Numbered from the stretch's first letter, positions 19,969-29,802 are shown. The stretch: DNA of 33,269 nt from an uncultured Nitrososphaerota archaeon (GCA_964618805.1 CAZUBM010000022.1:1-33269), one strand, 5' to 3'. A program made the numbers and translations. Notes: generated by a model not told the origin, from the letters alone.

Positions 19969-20471
19969 ACGCTCACCCTTTCAGCCATCTCCCTAACCCT
20001 CCTCCCGTCCAAGAAGAACTCTCTAACGAGGTAGCGGAACATTAGCTCCCCGTAGCTCAGTCCTGAAGCCAGGAAGGTTGCAGCTGCAACGTGAGGAGGA
20101 GGAACAGGCACCTCGACACCGTATACCTCTGCCTTCGCCCTGGTTAGCCTAAGCCAGACCTCTGGCACCCGGAATACGTGGACTAGGGGGTACTCCCTCT
20201 CAGGCTCTTTACACGTGAGGACGAAGGGGGTGAGCATGCTCACTGGGGCTCTGGGATATAGGGAAGTGTGGACGACGGCAAAGGGCTGCTTGACCTCCCT
20301 CGAGGTTCTCGCCAATGAGGCCGCAACGAACTGTATTGGCGTCGGCTTCCCAACGTAGATGCTCCGCGCGCTACCCCCCTTCCTCCTCGTCCTGTAGATG
20401 TAGTAGTACCTGTATTCCTTGACTGTTCCGTCCCTAAGCCTCTTCCTGATGAGCTTCTCCGCTAAGTGCAT
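19908..20471 (-). CDS. Putative cognate antitoxin/regulator with a basic beta-sheet DNA-binding N-terminus
   Basis: Overlaps the NTase; N-terminus KRLRDGTVKEYRYYYIYRTRRKGGSARSIYVGK; same GC-rich composition as the NTase. Confidence 0.6.
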   Translation of the reverse strand: MHLAEKLIRKRLRDGTVKEYRYYYIYRTRRKGGSARSIYVGKPTPIQFVAASLARTSREVKQPFAVVHTSLYPRAPVSMLTPFVLTCKEPEREYPLVHVFRVPEVWLRLTRAKAEVYGVEVPVPPPHVAAATFLASGLSYGELMFRYLVREFFLDGRRVREMAERVSVCRDLREERELVEELKRRQD

Positions 20472-20678
20472 CGAGTTTGCACTACTTTTTCATTTATTAA
20501 ACTTTATCTTTTCCTTAAAAAAGATAAATTGGGATCTCTGAATAATATTTCACATAAACGAAATATGGAAACTTATGCAGCGCACGTTAGTAAAGAGGAG
20601 CCAGTTCTTGGGGTCTTTATGAGGAAAGAGAGGAGCTACAGGATGCTTACCCTAGGGATCTCAGCGCGCGCGAATTGA

Positions 20679-21999
20679 GAGGAGAGAGTCGAGATAGTTA
20701 AGACTGTTGAAGAGTTTGAGGCCGATCCTCAAGCTTTCTACAAAAAAACACGAGAAAAAGCTGAAGGAACTAAGGGAAAGGATCATTAAGACGCAAGAAA
20801 TCCTACCTAAGGTTGAGATGAGTGAGTCTCTCATCAGGAAGGTTGCAGAGGTGTGTGCTCAGCTTGGTGTCAGCGACAGAGCTGAGATCACGATCGTTAG
20901 AACTGCTAAAACAATAGCTGCCTTTGATGGAAGAACTGAAGTAACTGAGGAGGACATCAAAGAGGCTACGGAATTTGCCCTGCCCAACAGGATGCGTAAA
21001 AGACCATTCGAGAAAGTTCAACTGCGGCCGATTTCACATAACCACCAGAGTAGGAAAGACAATAACAGGCAAGACCACAAGAGCGACGAGGGAAGGTCTA
21101 ATGCGTCCAGCCATAGTGGTAATGAGAGGGAGAGTCCGAGCGGATCTGGGTTTCATCCTGGCAAAGAGAGGGTATTCGGCATAGGTGAGGTCCAACGCGT
21201 CAACATAGGGACACTTCAACACAGAAGCGAGGTTAAGGGCGGAGGTCGGAGGGTTAGGGTTAGATCAAAGGACAGGAGAGGGCTCTACGTCTCAAGCTGT
21301 ATCCCGAGGTCTGATCTGATGGACATAGCCTTTGACGCAACGCTCAGGGCTGCCGCACTCCGCAACAGGGGGTTGGGTTGTATCACGATAGAAAAAGAAG
21401 ACATCCATGAAAAGGTACGCTACAGCAGGGCTCCTTCCCTTGTGATATTCCTGGTTGATGCAAGCGGCTCGATGGCCGCAATGAGGAGGATGGAAGCTGC
21501 CAAGGGTGCAGCCATATCTATCCTTAACGATGCCTACTTGCATAGAGATCAGGTCGCCTTCATAGCTTTCAGGGGGAACTCAGCGGAGGTTCTCTTACCA
21601 CCAACAAGGAACCTAGGGCAGGCAGTAAATCTTTTAGCTGAGCTCCCGACTGGAGGTAGGACGCCCCTGGCTGCGGCTCTACTTCAGTCAGCTGAACTCA
21701 TAAAACTTCAGAAAATTAGGAAAAGAGACGTTAAGCCAGTTGTGGTGTTGATATCAGATGGAAAGGCTAATGTCCCTCTCAGAGCGGAGGGTGACATTAG
21801 GGAAGAACTCATCGAGCTTTCAGGCTGGCTTAAGAGATTAGGCGCGAACGTCATAATACTTGACACCTCGCCTAACAACGCCTTGACCTTCGCTCCGAAC
21901 TACTTGACTGACGTAGCTTATGCAAGCGGAGGCCAGTACATCAGGCTTGAGGATGTGAGTGAGAGTAGTATCTATGGGGTTTTGAGACAGGTGCTTTAG
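20679..21999 (+). pseudogene. Mg-chelatase ChlD/BchD-like protein, 5'-truncated (AAA lid + vWA; ORF 20707-21999)
   Basis: EERVEIV...FEADP in the upstream frame, RAEI..RTAK.IAAFDGR, ALPNRMR, DATLRAAA, FLVDASGSM MIDAS, TGGRTPLA, ISDGKANV. No Walker A. Confidence 0.85.
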
Positions 22000-22264
22000 A
22001 TAGCGAGACTGGCGCGCTAACCTAACAATCTAACGAAATCCATGCAATTGTACCGACCAAAATGGAAAAATTGCCAAACTAAGAATAGAATACTTGATAT
22101 CTGGGTATGAAACGAAAAGTAAGGAAATTACCGAGCGCGCTATTTCGCGACCTCCTTCAGGAGCTCCTCCCAGTCCCCTGGCACGAGCTCCCTCTCTGCC
22201 CTGTCCTCGAGGATGTGGTAGAGCTCCGGGGTGTCGCGCTAAATACAGCGCTCTGAGGAGGGAT

Positions 22265-22584
22265 TTGGACCTTCTTGGCTCTAGAATTCTTGCTCCAGAG
22301 ATACTCCGCGTTTTTCGCTGTCTCGGAACGAGCGACGCCCTTACCGTGAACGAGCTCAGGGAGAAGGCCGAGGTAGGGGCCAACTTCGTGGCCAGGCTCA
22401 TCGCCATACTGAAGGACAGGGGGTAGTGGAGGTCAGGAGGGATCCCGAGGACGGGAGGAGGAAGATAATAGCCCTCACTCTAAAGGGAAGGGAGCTCCTT
22501 GACGCCCTAACAAACCTTAAGCTAATCCTAGACAATTTGGACTTTCAATCTCCCCTCGCCGCAGGCGGTCCGGGGTCTCGATAA
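22265..22584 (+). pseudogene. MarR-type winged-HTH regulator, frameshifted
   Basis: LTVNELREKAEV...LKDRG / VEVRRDPEDGRRKIIALTLKGRELL across a G5 run at 22419-22423. Confidence 0.7.
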
Positions 22585-22690
22585 GGGAGGGCACGCGCTA
22601 AAATTAACTTCCCATAGTATGATTCGCGAGAATATGATTTGAACTCTTTGGCAGTTTGAACTCTAGAGTGCGCGCGCTATCCTCGTGAAA

Positions 22691-22884
22691 TCATTTCGTG
22701 CTCACCTGCTCCTCTTGATACTCAATTAGAGCCCTTTTTATTGACTCTAAGATCTCCTGTAGCTCTGATCTTCCCAGAGTAAATGTAAAATTAATTCATT
22801 TTCTTCAAGGAGGAAAGCAAGTTCGAGAAGCTTCCTTCTAAGTTCATCTATCTTGTGGATTATGGAGATGATCTCAGCACTCAT
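22691..22884 (-). pseudogene. Degenerate small coiled-coil antitoxin-like gene
   Basis: MSAEIISIIHKIDELRRKLLEL... then, frameshifted, ILESIKRALIEYQE; lies between two GCGCGC sites. Confidence 0.35.
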
Positions 22885-22915
22885 GACTTCCACGCCTCCA
22901 GAGCGCGCGAAACTC

Positions 22916-23320
22916 TTAGTACAGAGACCCTGGATCCACCCTTTCTATCCCCTCAACTTCCTCGTAGGCCTTGTCAAACGACAGCATTTTGCCATCCGTA
23001 AGCAAAGCTGTGGCCGCATAGTGGGAGTCGAAGAAACCAAGGCCGAACTTTCTCCTCAGCCTTACAGCAGTTAAAACAGTTTCAGGGTTTACGGGAAGGA
23101 ATCTCAAGCCAGGGATTGCTGCAATGGCCGAGACATCCCTCTCCAGCTGATCCTCCCTCCCCCTGCTTTTGTATATAAGTTCCATTTCAAGCAGAGCCGC
23201 GCTAGAAACCTCAACCTCAATCTCCCTTCTCATGATCTTCTCAAATAAGGCTCTAGCTACCTCATGGTTTGGATCCTTTTTATTCAGCAACGCGAAGAGG
23301 ACGTCGTTCTCAAGTATCAT
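22916..23320 (-). CDS. vapC: VapC PIN-domain toxin
   Basis: ILENDVLFA...DPNH, LLE, FFDSHYAATA, SFDKAY. Confidence 0.9.
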   Translation of the reverse strand: MILENDVLFALLNKKDPNHEVARALFEKIMRREIEVEVSSAALLEMELIYKSRGREDQLERDVSAIAAIPGLRFLPVNPETVLTAVRLRRKFGLGFFDSHYAATALLTDGKMLSFDKAYEEVEGIERVDPGSLY

Positions 23321-23574
23321 TTCCCAGCCTCCTCCTCAGCCTGTCTTTCAGCCTCCTTCCTAAGCTCTGAGAAGGGGACGTCCGTTGTGAACGCGCCGTC
23401 AAGGATCTTAAGAGGATCCTCGGGTAGCGGTATTACCTCAAGCCTCTCCCTGATTGGTATTAAAAGGACCCTCTTCCCTATCTTCAGCCTCTCCCTTATC
23501 CCCTTTGGGATGAGGATCCTTCCTCGAGAATCGACCTCAACTACAACCGAGTTCTTTACCCCTATCTTTCCCAC
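23317..23574 (-). CDS. AbrB/MazE-type antitoxin
   Basis: VDSRGRILIPKGIRERL. Confidence 0.9.
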   Translation of the reverse strand: MGKIGVKNSVVVEVDSRGRILIPKGIRERLKIGKRVLLIPIRERLEVIPLPEDPLKILDGAFTTDVPFSELRKEAERQAEEEAGK

Positions 23575-23892
23575 ATTATTGGATTGAATGGGAACATATT
23601 AAAGTTTACCTATGTAGTGGGAAAATTTATCATAGGTGGGAGATGGGTTCTGATGCAATCCCCTACCCTGCTCTGCTCCTTGCCTACGCTGAGCAGTTAT
23701 CCAGAAGAGATTGTAAAAAGGATTTAGGGTTGAAATCATTCCTAAACCTGCAAGAATATCGAAAAAGGAATTCTTAAAGATCTTGAGAGAGAAGTAGAGC
23801 TTCTAATATATCTGCAGCCTTAACACAGCTTAATTATCTGGATAAGGAGTTCAAAATCCCTTTTTTGGCTTTTTTCAATAAGTGTATTAGAG

Positions 23893-23930
23893 TTTTGTAT
23901 ACTTTTTATGTAAGATTCTCGAATACAAAA
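23893..23930 (+). promoter_or_regulatory. TATA-like box flanked by an 8-bp inverted repeat (likely TA autoregulatory operator)
   Basis: TTTTGTAT (23893-23900) and ATACAAAA (23923-23930) flank TTTTTATG just upstream of ATG 23940. Confidence 0.55.
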
Positions 23931-23939
23931 TGAGTTGAC

Positions 23940-24173
23940 ATGAGCGACGTATTAAGCATACGAGTCCCGAAAGATGTAAAAGAACGCCTTAGAAAGTACA
24001 AGGACTTTAACTGGAGATCTTACATAGTAGAGATGCTTGAAAGAAAGCTAAGGGAGCTTGAACTTCGGGAAATTGTTGAGAAAATAGATGAGCTTAACAG
24101 AGATCTTGAGCCGTCCAAGGTAGCCAGCTGGAAAATGATAAGGGAGGACAGAAATGCTCGTTCTGGACTCTAG
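23940..24173 (+). CDS. vapB: RHH VapB antitoxin
   Basis: VLSIRVPKDVKERL...NWRSYI...IREDR. Confidence 0.88.
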   Translation: MSDVLSIRVPKDVKERLRKYKDFNWRSYIVEMLERKLRELELREIVEKIDELNRDLEPSKVASWKMIREDRNARSGL

Positions 24174-24582
24174 CATATTTGCCAGCATTGTAGTCAAAGA
24201 TGAGTTCTACGAGGAGTGTAAAGAGCTTGTCATGCTGCCGTCTGCCACGCTAGACCTTTCCTTTGCTGAGTCAGCAAATGTGCTTTGGAAGCACGTGCAC
24301 CTGCTTAGGAGGATAGCCAAAGAAGAAGCGGTGAAAAGGGTTGAGCTTTTAACTGCTTTAGTAAGATCTTCTGATGTCCACTCCTCAGGGGATTTCATGG
24401 TAAAGGCCTTGGAAATTGCCTTGGAGTGCAGAATAACGGTTTACGACGCGCTCTTCTTGGCTCTTGCGATGAAGCTTGGGGCTAAGCTAGCCACTACGGA
24501 TGAAGGACTTTATAACAAGCTCAAGGATACCAAGTACTCTAAATCTCTCCTTCTGATTGGAGGACGCTCGGAGATCGAATAA
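24154..24582 (+). CDS. vapC: VapC PIN-domain toxin
   Basis: VLDSS, ESANVLWK, ITVYDALFLALA, LATTD. Confidence 0.92.
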   Translation: MLVLDSSIFASIVVKDEFYEECKELVMLPSATLDLSFAESANVLWKHVHLLRRIAKEEAVKRVELLTALVRSSDVHSSGDFMVKALEIALECRITVYDALFLALAMKLGAKLATTDEGLYNKLKDTKYSKSLLLIGGRSEIE

Positions 24583-24860
24583 CATGGACAAACGTCTTCG
24601 CCTTACAGACTAGGATTCAGTTTTTGTTGAAAAAAGGAACAGTGCACAAGCGTATATTTAAGTTCATTCTCATCACTGCTTTGACGAACAGAGGGTTTCT
24701 GTTCTAGTTTAAGCTTATGGGTTCTTAAGGAAATAAAGAGCACGAAATCGCTTTAGTTTTTCAGCTCAAGAGATTAGTTATCCTTTTTCGAATGAAATGA
24801 TGTCAAAGCGCTTATCAAATATGTTAATTCTTTCAAACTCAGGAGCAAGAAGGGCTTTTA

Positions 24861-25292
24861 TTATCTAATCACTACCTTCACTTCCATTCTCTCAAAGTGC
24901 TCCTTGTCCGTAGAGGCCACATCAGCTGGAAGGTACCTGGCTATTGCAGCTACTAATATGTCTGAAAAGGGAACTGGTCTTCCTGATGCTTTTAGCTTAG
25001 CATCTAGCTCCAGAGCTTCAAGGAGAAGCTCTTGGCTCATCCAGACAACTCGTCCCAAGGACTCCACTGCCTCCTTTCTGCTCCTCAGCTCCTCCGCTCC
25101 AGCACCCCTTCCGACCTTGTGACCGTAAAGGTACTCGTACAAAGCTATCCAAGGTACGACCACTTCCTCGTAAGGAGCTAGGAGGTTGGCCAGCTCCTCC
25201 CTTCCTCTATCCAGCAGGTCTATTAGGAAAGAGGTGTCCAAGACCAGCTTACCACCATTCCCTTCCCGAGACTTCTGAGACTGTTCTCTCAA
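24861..25292 (-). CDS. vapC: VapC PIN-domain toxin (true start uncertain, near 25258)
   Basis: VLDTSFLID, YEYLYG, PFSDILVAA, STDKEHF. Confidence 0.88.
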   Translation of the reverse strand: MREQSQKSREGNGGKLVLDTSFLIDLLDRGREELANLLAPYEEVVVPWIALYEYLYGHKVGRGAGAEELRSRKEAVESLGRVVWMSQELLLEALELDAKLKASGRPVPFSDILVAAIARYLPADVASTDKEHFERMEVKVVIR

Positions 25293-25488
25293 CCTTCTCG
25301 ACCTCCTCCTCCGGTAGTTTCGTCCTTTTGATTAGCTCCAGAATGAGACCTTTCCTCGTTTTCCTATAAACCTCTATGAGTCTATCTATGGTCTCGCCGA
25401 GACTTCTGGCATTCATCATCTCTTTTACTATCTTTAGCTTCTCGTAGGTCTCATCCCGGACGGATATCACCTTCAAGCAGTTCACCAT
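25249..25488 (-). CDS. vapB: VapB-family antitoxin
   Basis: KVISVRDETYEKL...SLGETIDRLI. Confidence 0.85.
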   Translation of the reverse strand: MVNCLKVISVRDETYEKLKIVKEMMNARSLGETIDRLIEVYRKTRKGLILELIKRTKLPEEEVEKVERTVSEVSGREWW

Positions 25489-25848
25489 TTCTCTATATTA
25501 CTATATTAGTATATTAACATAGAGCTATGAGTTGTTCGAAGGTCATGGCTTAGTGCTTTCGGGCGCTCCATCTCAGGTGAATTACAAGCTAGCTTCGCGA
25601 GTGCAAACTTCTCTAAGTTAAACGCTTTAAAACTGAAGAAGCACCTTTAACATCTTAGGTGAGTGATCATCCCTATTGACCTGCGTTTTATCTCCTCCGA
25701 TTCTTAACTGCTCATCTTAGGGATATTGGCCTTAGCAATAAGCTTCTCATGCTTATGACTCTCAATTGCTCCCAGTCACTTCCTCTTTTCCTCGTTGAGG
25801 CACTCGTTATCCAGACCATATTCTCTGAGCTGAAGGATCATTGATGGT

Positions 25849-26010
25849 TTAATGAGAGCGCGCTCTTACCAACCTCACAGCTCCTGTAGGGCAAACGGTA
25901 GTGCATAAACCGCATCCAAAGCACTTCTCCTCATCAACTAGGCACTTGTCCCTGACAACGCTCCTGGCCTTAAATACGCAGCGCTCTATACAGGCCCACA
26001 CCCGATGCCC
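25849..26010 (-). pseudogene. 4Fe-4S ferredoxin-domain fragment
   Basis: Not in the ORF track. Reads CIERCVFKA...VDEEKCFGCGLCTTVCPTGAVRLVRAR and ends on GCGCGC at 25858. Confidence 0.75.
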
Positions 26011-26065
26011 TTTCAGAACATTTATATAATCTCGGAAATTTTCATTAATTCTGAGGAATTAAGTT

Positions 26066-26308
26066 ATGTCGGAGATCGTTCTTAAAGTTGGGAAGAGGGG
26101 AGAAATCTATACGAGTAAGGAAATAAGGGAGAAGACTGGAATAAGGGAAGGAGGTAAAGTAAGAGCTGTTGTGAAAGGCAAAAAACTCATAATAGAGGCA
26201 CTGCCATCAATTGAGGAGGCGATATCAAACTGTTTGGTTGAGATAACTCCAGAGGAAGCCGAAAAGCTAAGTGAAGAGGCTCAGAAAGAGGAAGGAATCT
26301 ATGGATAG
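26066..26308 (+). CDS. AbrB/MazE-type antitoxin
   Basis: KVGKRGEIYTSKEIREKTGIREG. Confidence 0.88.
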   Translation: MSEIVLKVGKRGEIYTSKEIREKTGIREGGKVRAVVKGKKLIIEALPSIEEAISNCLVEITPEEAEKLSEEAQKEEGIYG

Positions 26309-26783
26309 GCTTCTGCTGGACACAACTTACTTGCTTCCGATATTTGGAGTTAGAGTAGATCTCAAAGGATTTGAGACGATGTTTCCCTTGCTGTTGGATA
26401 AGTATCCAGTGGTTTACAATCCAATTTCGATAGTCGAGGCCAAGTTTATCGTGCTCAGATTATCAAAAAGGCAGTCTCAAAAGAGGAAATTGATCTTGGA
26501 AAGATTTAGAGAGGGGCTCAAAATCTTATTGAACGATGAAAGGCTTTCCCAGACCATAATAACGAACTCTGATGTGGAGGAGATAGCTGATAAGCTTCTG
26601 TCAGAAGCTGGTATTAGGGACTACTTTGACAGGCTGATCTACTCGACTGCAGCCTATTTCAGCACTATTTTATTGACGGAGGACGAAGCTTTGAAGGGAA
26701 TAAATTTAGAGGATCTTCCATGTCCAAGTAAAGTGATAAAATGGAGTGAATTAGCTAAATTCCTTGTTAAACACGAGAAGTGA
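26301..26783 (+). CDS. vapC: VapC PIN-domain toxin
   Basis: LLLDTTYLLP, SIVEA, DYFDRLIYSTA, LLTED; ATG at 26301 overlaps the antitoxin end. Confidence 0.88.
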   Translation: MDRLLLDTTYLLPIFGVRVDLKGFETMFPLLLDKYPVVYNPISIVEAKFIVLRLSKRQSQKRKLILERFREGLKILLNDERLSQTIITNSDVEEIADKLLSEAGIRDYFDRLIYSTAAYFSTILLTEDEALKGINLEDLPCPSKVIKWSELAKFLVKHEK

Positions 26784-26937
26784 ATCTTTTCGATCTTCCT
26801 CCTGAAATAAAACCGCCTATAGATGCTTGGTCGGAGCGTTGCAAGGAGTAATTACTCCTTTCTTAAGCTCGCTAATGCGGCCTAAACAATTAATGGAAGT
26901 TCCACGCCTACCTCTTTAGATGTCTGTTGAGTTCTTC

Positions 26938-27062
26938 CTAAAGCCTTTGTTTTAACCACTTGCTATACATTTCGAACGTTTCCGGTGATATAGGATCCAC
27001 AACAGCTATTCCTTTGACTCTTCTCACAAGCTCCTTGTCAATGCTATATACAACCGAGGCGC
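26938..27062 (-). pseudogene. PIN-domain C-terminal fragment
   Basis: ASVVYSIDKELVRRVKGIAVVDPISPETFEMYSKWLKQRL*. Confidence 0.6.
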
Positions 27063-27594
27063 TATAAGTCTTAGCCGCGCGCGCTAGCCTAAATAACCTT
27101 CTTTTCGGAACGAGAGCCCTCTACGAGGTGGTAAAAAGGGTGATGAAATAAATAGAGTTAGCCACAATCATATTTGGTTGAAATGAAAGTAGTCGACTTG
27201 AACAAGGACAATATGGATGATCTCATATATTTGCTCCTATAGGTTGCTCTTTGATGAAAGACAGAAGAAGCTAGTAGGGTACTGATTTTTAAGCCCGCAT
27301 CTCGTAACGGTCAAAAGCCTCCATACTTGTTTTGCCACTATTCCATCCGTATAAAAGCTTGAATCGTTCAAAACACCCAAAAATTATTCAATGTAAGTTC
27401 TTACACCATTTTCATTGCTTTTGAATGAATAGAAGTAGCCTTCTTTACACTGATGTAGTATCGTCATCTTGATCGATTGTAAACCAAAGAAGTTCTACTT
27501 TGAAGATTCGGTGGTTTGCTTCGTTTGCGATGTAGGTGATGCTTGTTTTCCGTAGCGCGCACTCATCCTTTTCCCTATCCCTCATTTTACCTCC

Positions 27595-27702
27595 TCATAC
27601 CAACTTTTTCTGGTCCACCCTCTTCATCCCCTCAACTCCCTCATACGCCTCGTCGAAGGAAAGAATCCTACCATCTGTGAGCAAAGCTGAGGCGGCGTAG
27701 TG
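27595..27702 (-). pseudogene. VapC C-terminal fragment (paralogue of 22916-23320)
   Basis: HYAASALLTDGRILSFDEAYEGVEGMKRVD versus HYAATALLTDGKMLSFDKAYEEVEGIERVD. Confidence 0.8.
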
Positions 27703-27901
27703 ATAGTCTTGGGCTTAATCCCACCATAATCGGCGAAATGCTAGATCAAGACAAGGGCAGATATATGAAACAGAAAGGGAAGTTAGTTCGATTTCCTCTT
27801 TTGCTGAGGATCCATATTTGAAGCTTATTTCCTGACCTTCTTATTTGACTGTTTGAGACGACATTGTTCATTCTCTGAACACTAATAGCTAAGAGTAAGA
27901 G

Positions 27902-28141
27902 GTGAAGTGTTCAGCCCTGAGAAGGAACCATTATAGTTCTAGACCTATCCAGTCTCTTCGTACTGGTAGCTGCGTTTTGATAGGCATATTGATAATAATG
28001 CTGATTCTAAAGATAGTGACGTTCTTAATTCCTCCAGCTGTAATTGCGGCTGCTGTTTACTTCTTAACGAAGGACGTTAAGCTGGCAGGATTGGCCTTTC
28101 TAGCCATAGATATCTTAGAGACCTTTACTAGATCCAGATAG
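27902..28141 (+). CDS. Small membrane protein or gene fragment
   Basis: Hydrophobic C-terminal half; start uncertain. Confidence 0.35.
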   Translation: MKCSALRRNHYSSRPIQSLRTGSCVLIGILIIMLILKIVTFLIPPAVIAAAVYFLTKDVKLAGLAFLAIDILETFTRSR

Positions 28142-28217
28142 CCAAAAATCCTAGTAAAGAGCTTTAACACATAACTGACGGCTTTGCATTTTTATCATTC
28201 ACCCGGCTGTATTCGAG

Positions 28218-29594
28218 ATGTCTATAGATAAAGTCAACAAATTCATTGAGGATGAGTTAGACAGGTTTCTTCAGCAACTTTCCAGACTAGTTCAGCAACC
28301 AAGTATTGCGGCAACAGGAGAGGGAGTAGAGGAGTGCGCAGAACTTCTTGTAGAGATTATGAAGGAGAATGGTATACCAGCACGCACGCTACCAGTGGAA
28401 GGAGGACCTCCTGTCGTGTATGGCGAACTAAGAACCCAATCGGGATCCACTCCATCAGGAAGAAAACCCCCTACTCTCATTTTCTACGATCACTACGATG
28501 TTCAGCCACCAGATCCTCTTGACGAATGGGAATCTCCGCCCTTTGAACCTCAAATTAGAGATGGCAAGATATACGGTAGAGGAACGTCTGACAACAAGGG
28601 AAATATAATCTCTAGGATACATGCAGTTCAGGCCTTTCTTTCTGCAATTGGAGATATCCCAGTCAACGTGAAGTTCTTTGTTGAGGGCGAAGAAGAGATA
28701 GGAAGCCCTCACCTCCCACCATTCATTGATAAACACAAAAGCCTATTCAAGGCAAACTGCGGAATTTGGGAGTTTGGAGGGGTTGATCACGAGGGAAGAC
28801 CGAATATTTGGCTTGGTTTAAAGGGAATGCTATACGTGGAGCTTAGAGCAAGAGGAACAGCCATAGACACACACTCAGCAAGGGCGCCAATAATTCCTAA
28901 TGCTGCTTGGCGACTAGTTTGGGCTCTGAACATCTTGAAGGACCAGGATGAGAGGGTGTTGATAGAGGGGTTTTATGATGATGTCTTAGAGCCAACTAAG
29001 AAAGAGCTAGAGCTTATAGAGAAGATACCTTACCCAGAAGAGATTGTAAAGAAGGATTTAGGGTTGAAATCATTCTTAAAGAACCTAACTGGACCAGAGC
29101 TGGTAAAAACATTGCTTTTGGAGCCTACTTGCACGATATGCGGTATTGAGTCGGGATACACGGGGGAGGGATCGAAGACAGTACTCCCATCAACTGCTAT
29201 GGCCAAAGTAGACTTCAGACTGGTCGCTAATCAACGCCCGAAGGACATTTTAGAGAAGTTGAGGAACCACCTAGATAAACACGGGTTCAATGACATCGAG
29301 ATAATTGCACGAAGTTTTCTTGAGCCAGCCAAGACCCCAGTTGAGGACGACTTCGTGCAACTTGTGATCAGAGCTGCTGAGGAAGTTTATCAGAAGGAAG
29401 CTATCGTCTACCCAACGTCAGCAGGGTCAGGACCTCTTTATTTATTCAGAAATGTCCTAGGAATTCCCATGGTGTCAGTTGGAGTAGGATATCCCTTGTC
29501 AAGAGCTCATGCACCAAACGAACACATAAGGATAAAGGATTATTTGTTAGGTACCAAGCTTATTGCAAAGATCATGAGTGATTTAGGCAAATAA
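28218..29594 (+). CDS. M20 family metallopeptidase (DapE/ArgE/dipeptidase-like)
   Basis: YDHYDVQP, GRGTSDNKG, EGEEEIGS, DTHS, AHAPNE. Confidence 0.93.
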   Translation: MSIDKVNKFIEDELDRFLQQLSRLVQQPSIAATGEGVEECAELLVEIMKENGIPARTLPVEGGPPVVYGELRTQSGSTPSGRKPPTLIFYDHYDVQPPDPLDEWESPPFEPQIRDGKIYGRGTSDNKGNIISRIHAVQAFLSAIGDIPVNVKFFVEGEEEIGSPHLPPFIDKHKSLFKANCGIWEFGGVDHEGRPNIWLGLKGMLYVELRARGTAIDTHSARAPIIPNAAWRLVWALNILKDQDERVLIEGFYDDVLEPTKKELELIEKIPYPEEIVKKDLGLKSFLKNLTGPELVKTLLLEPTCTICGIESGYTGEGSKTVLPSTAMAKVDFRLVANQRPKDILEKLRNHLDKHGFNDIEIIARSFLEPAKTPVEDDFVQLVIRAAEEVYQKEAIVYPTSAGSGPLYLFRNVLGIPMVSVGVGYPLSRAHAPNEHIRIKDYLLGTKLIAKIMSDLGK

Positions 29595-29802
29595 TGCAGT
29601 ATATCCAGGAATTCACACGCTAAACCGGCATAGTAGCTGTTACGTTTTGCTCAAAGCTATTCTCACATGTGTTTTTCATTAAGCCACCTACGAGGACTCC
29701 TTACAATCTTTGATCAGAGAACATTGCTCTTTAGCCATGTTAGCTGACAAGGATCTGCAATCCAGTTATTTAAGGGCTTGTAGTTAAGAATTAGGCGATA
29801 AA

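Noticed and set aside
22030-22407. 125-aa minus ORF and the 5' part of ORF 22094-22426
   Set aside because: Low-complexity translations crossing a junction; only the MarR part from 22265 is credible.
26970-27000. attC-like integron end (cgaacgtttccggtgatatagg)
   Set aside because: It is coding sequence of the PIN fragment (DPISPETFE) and has no complementary arm.
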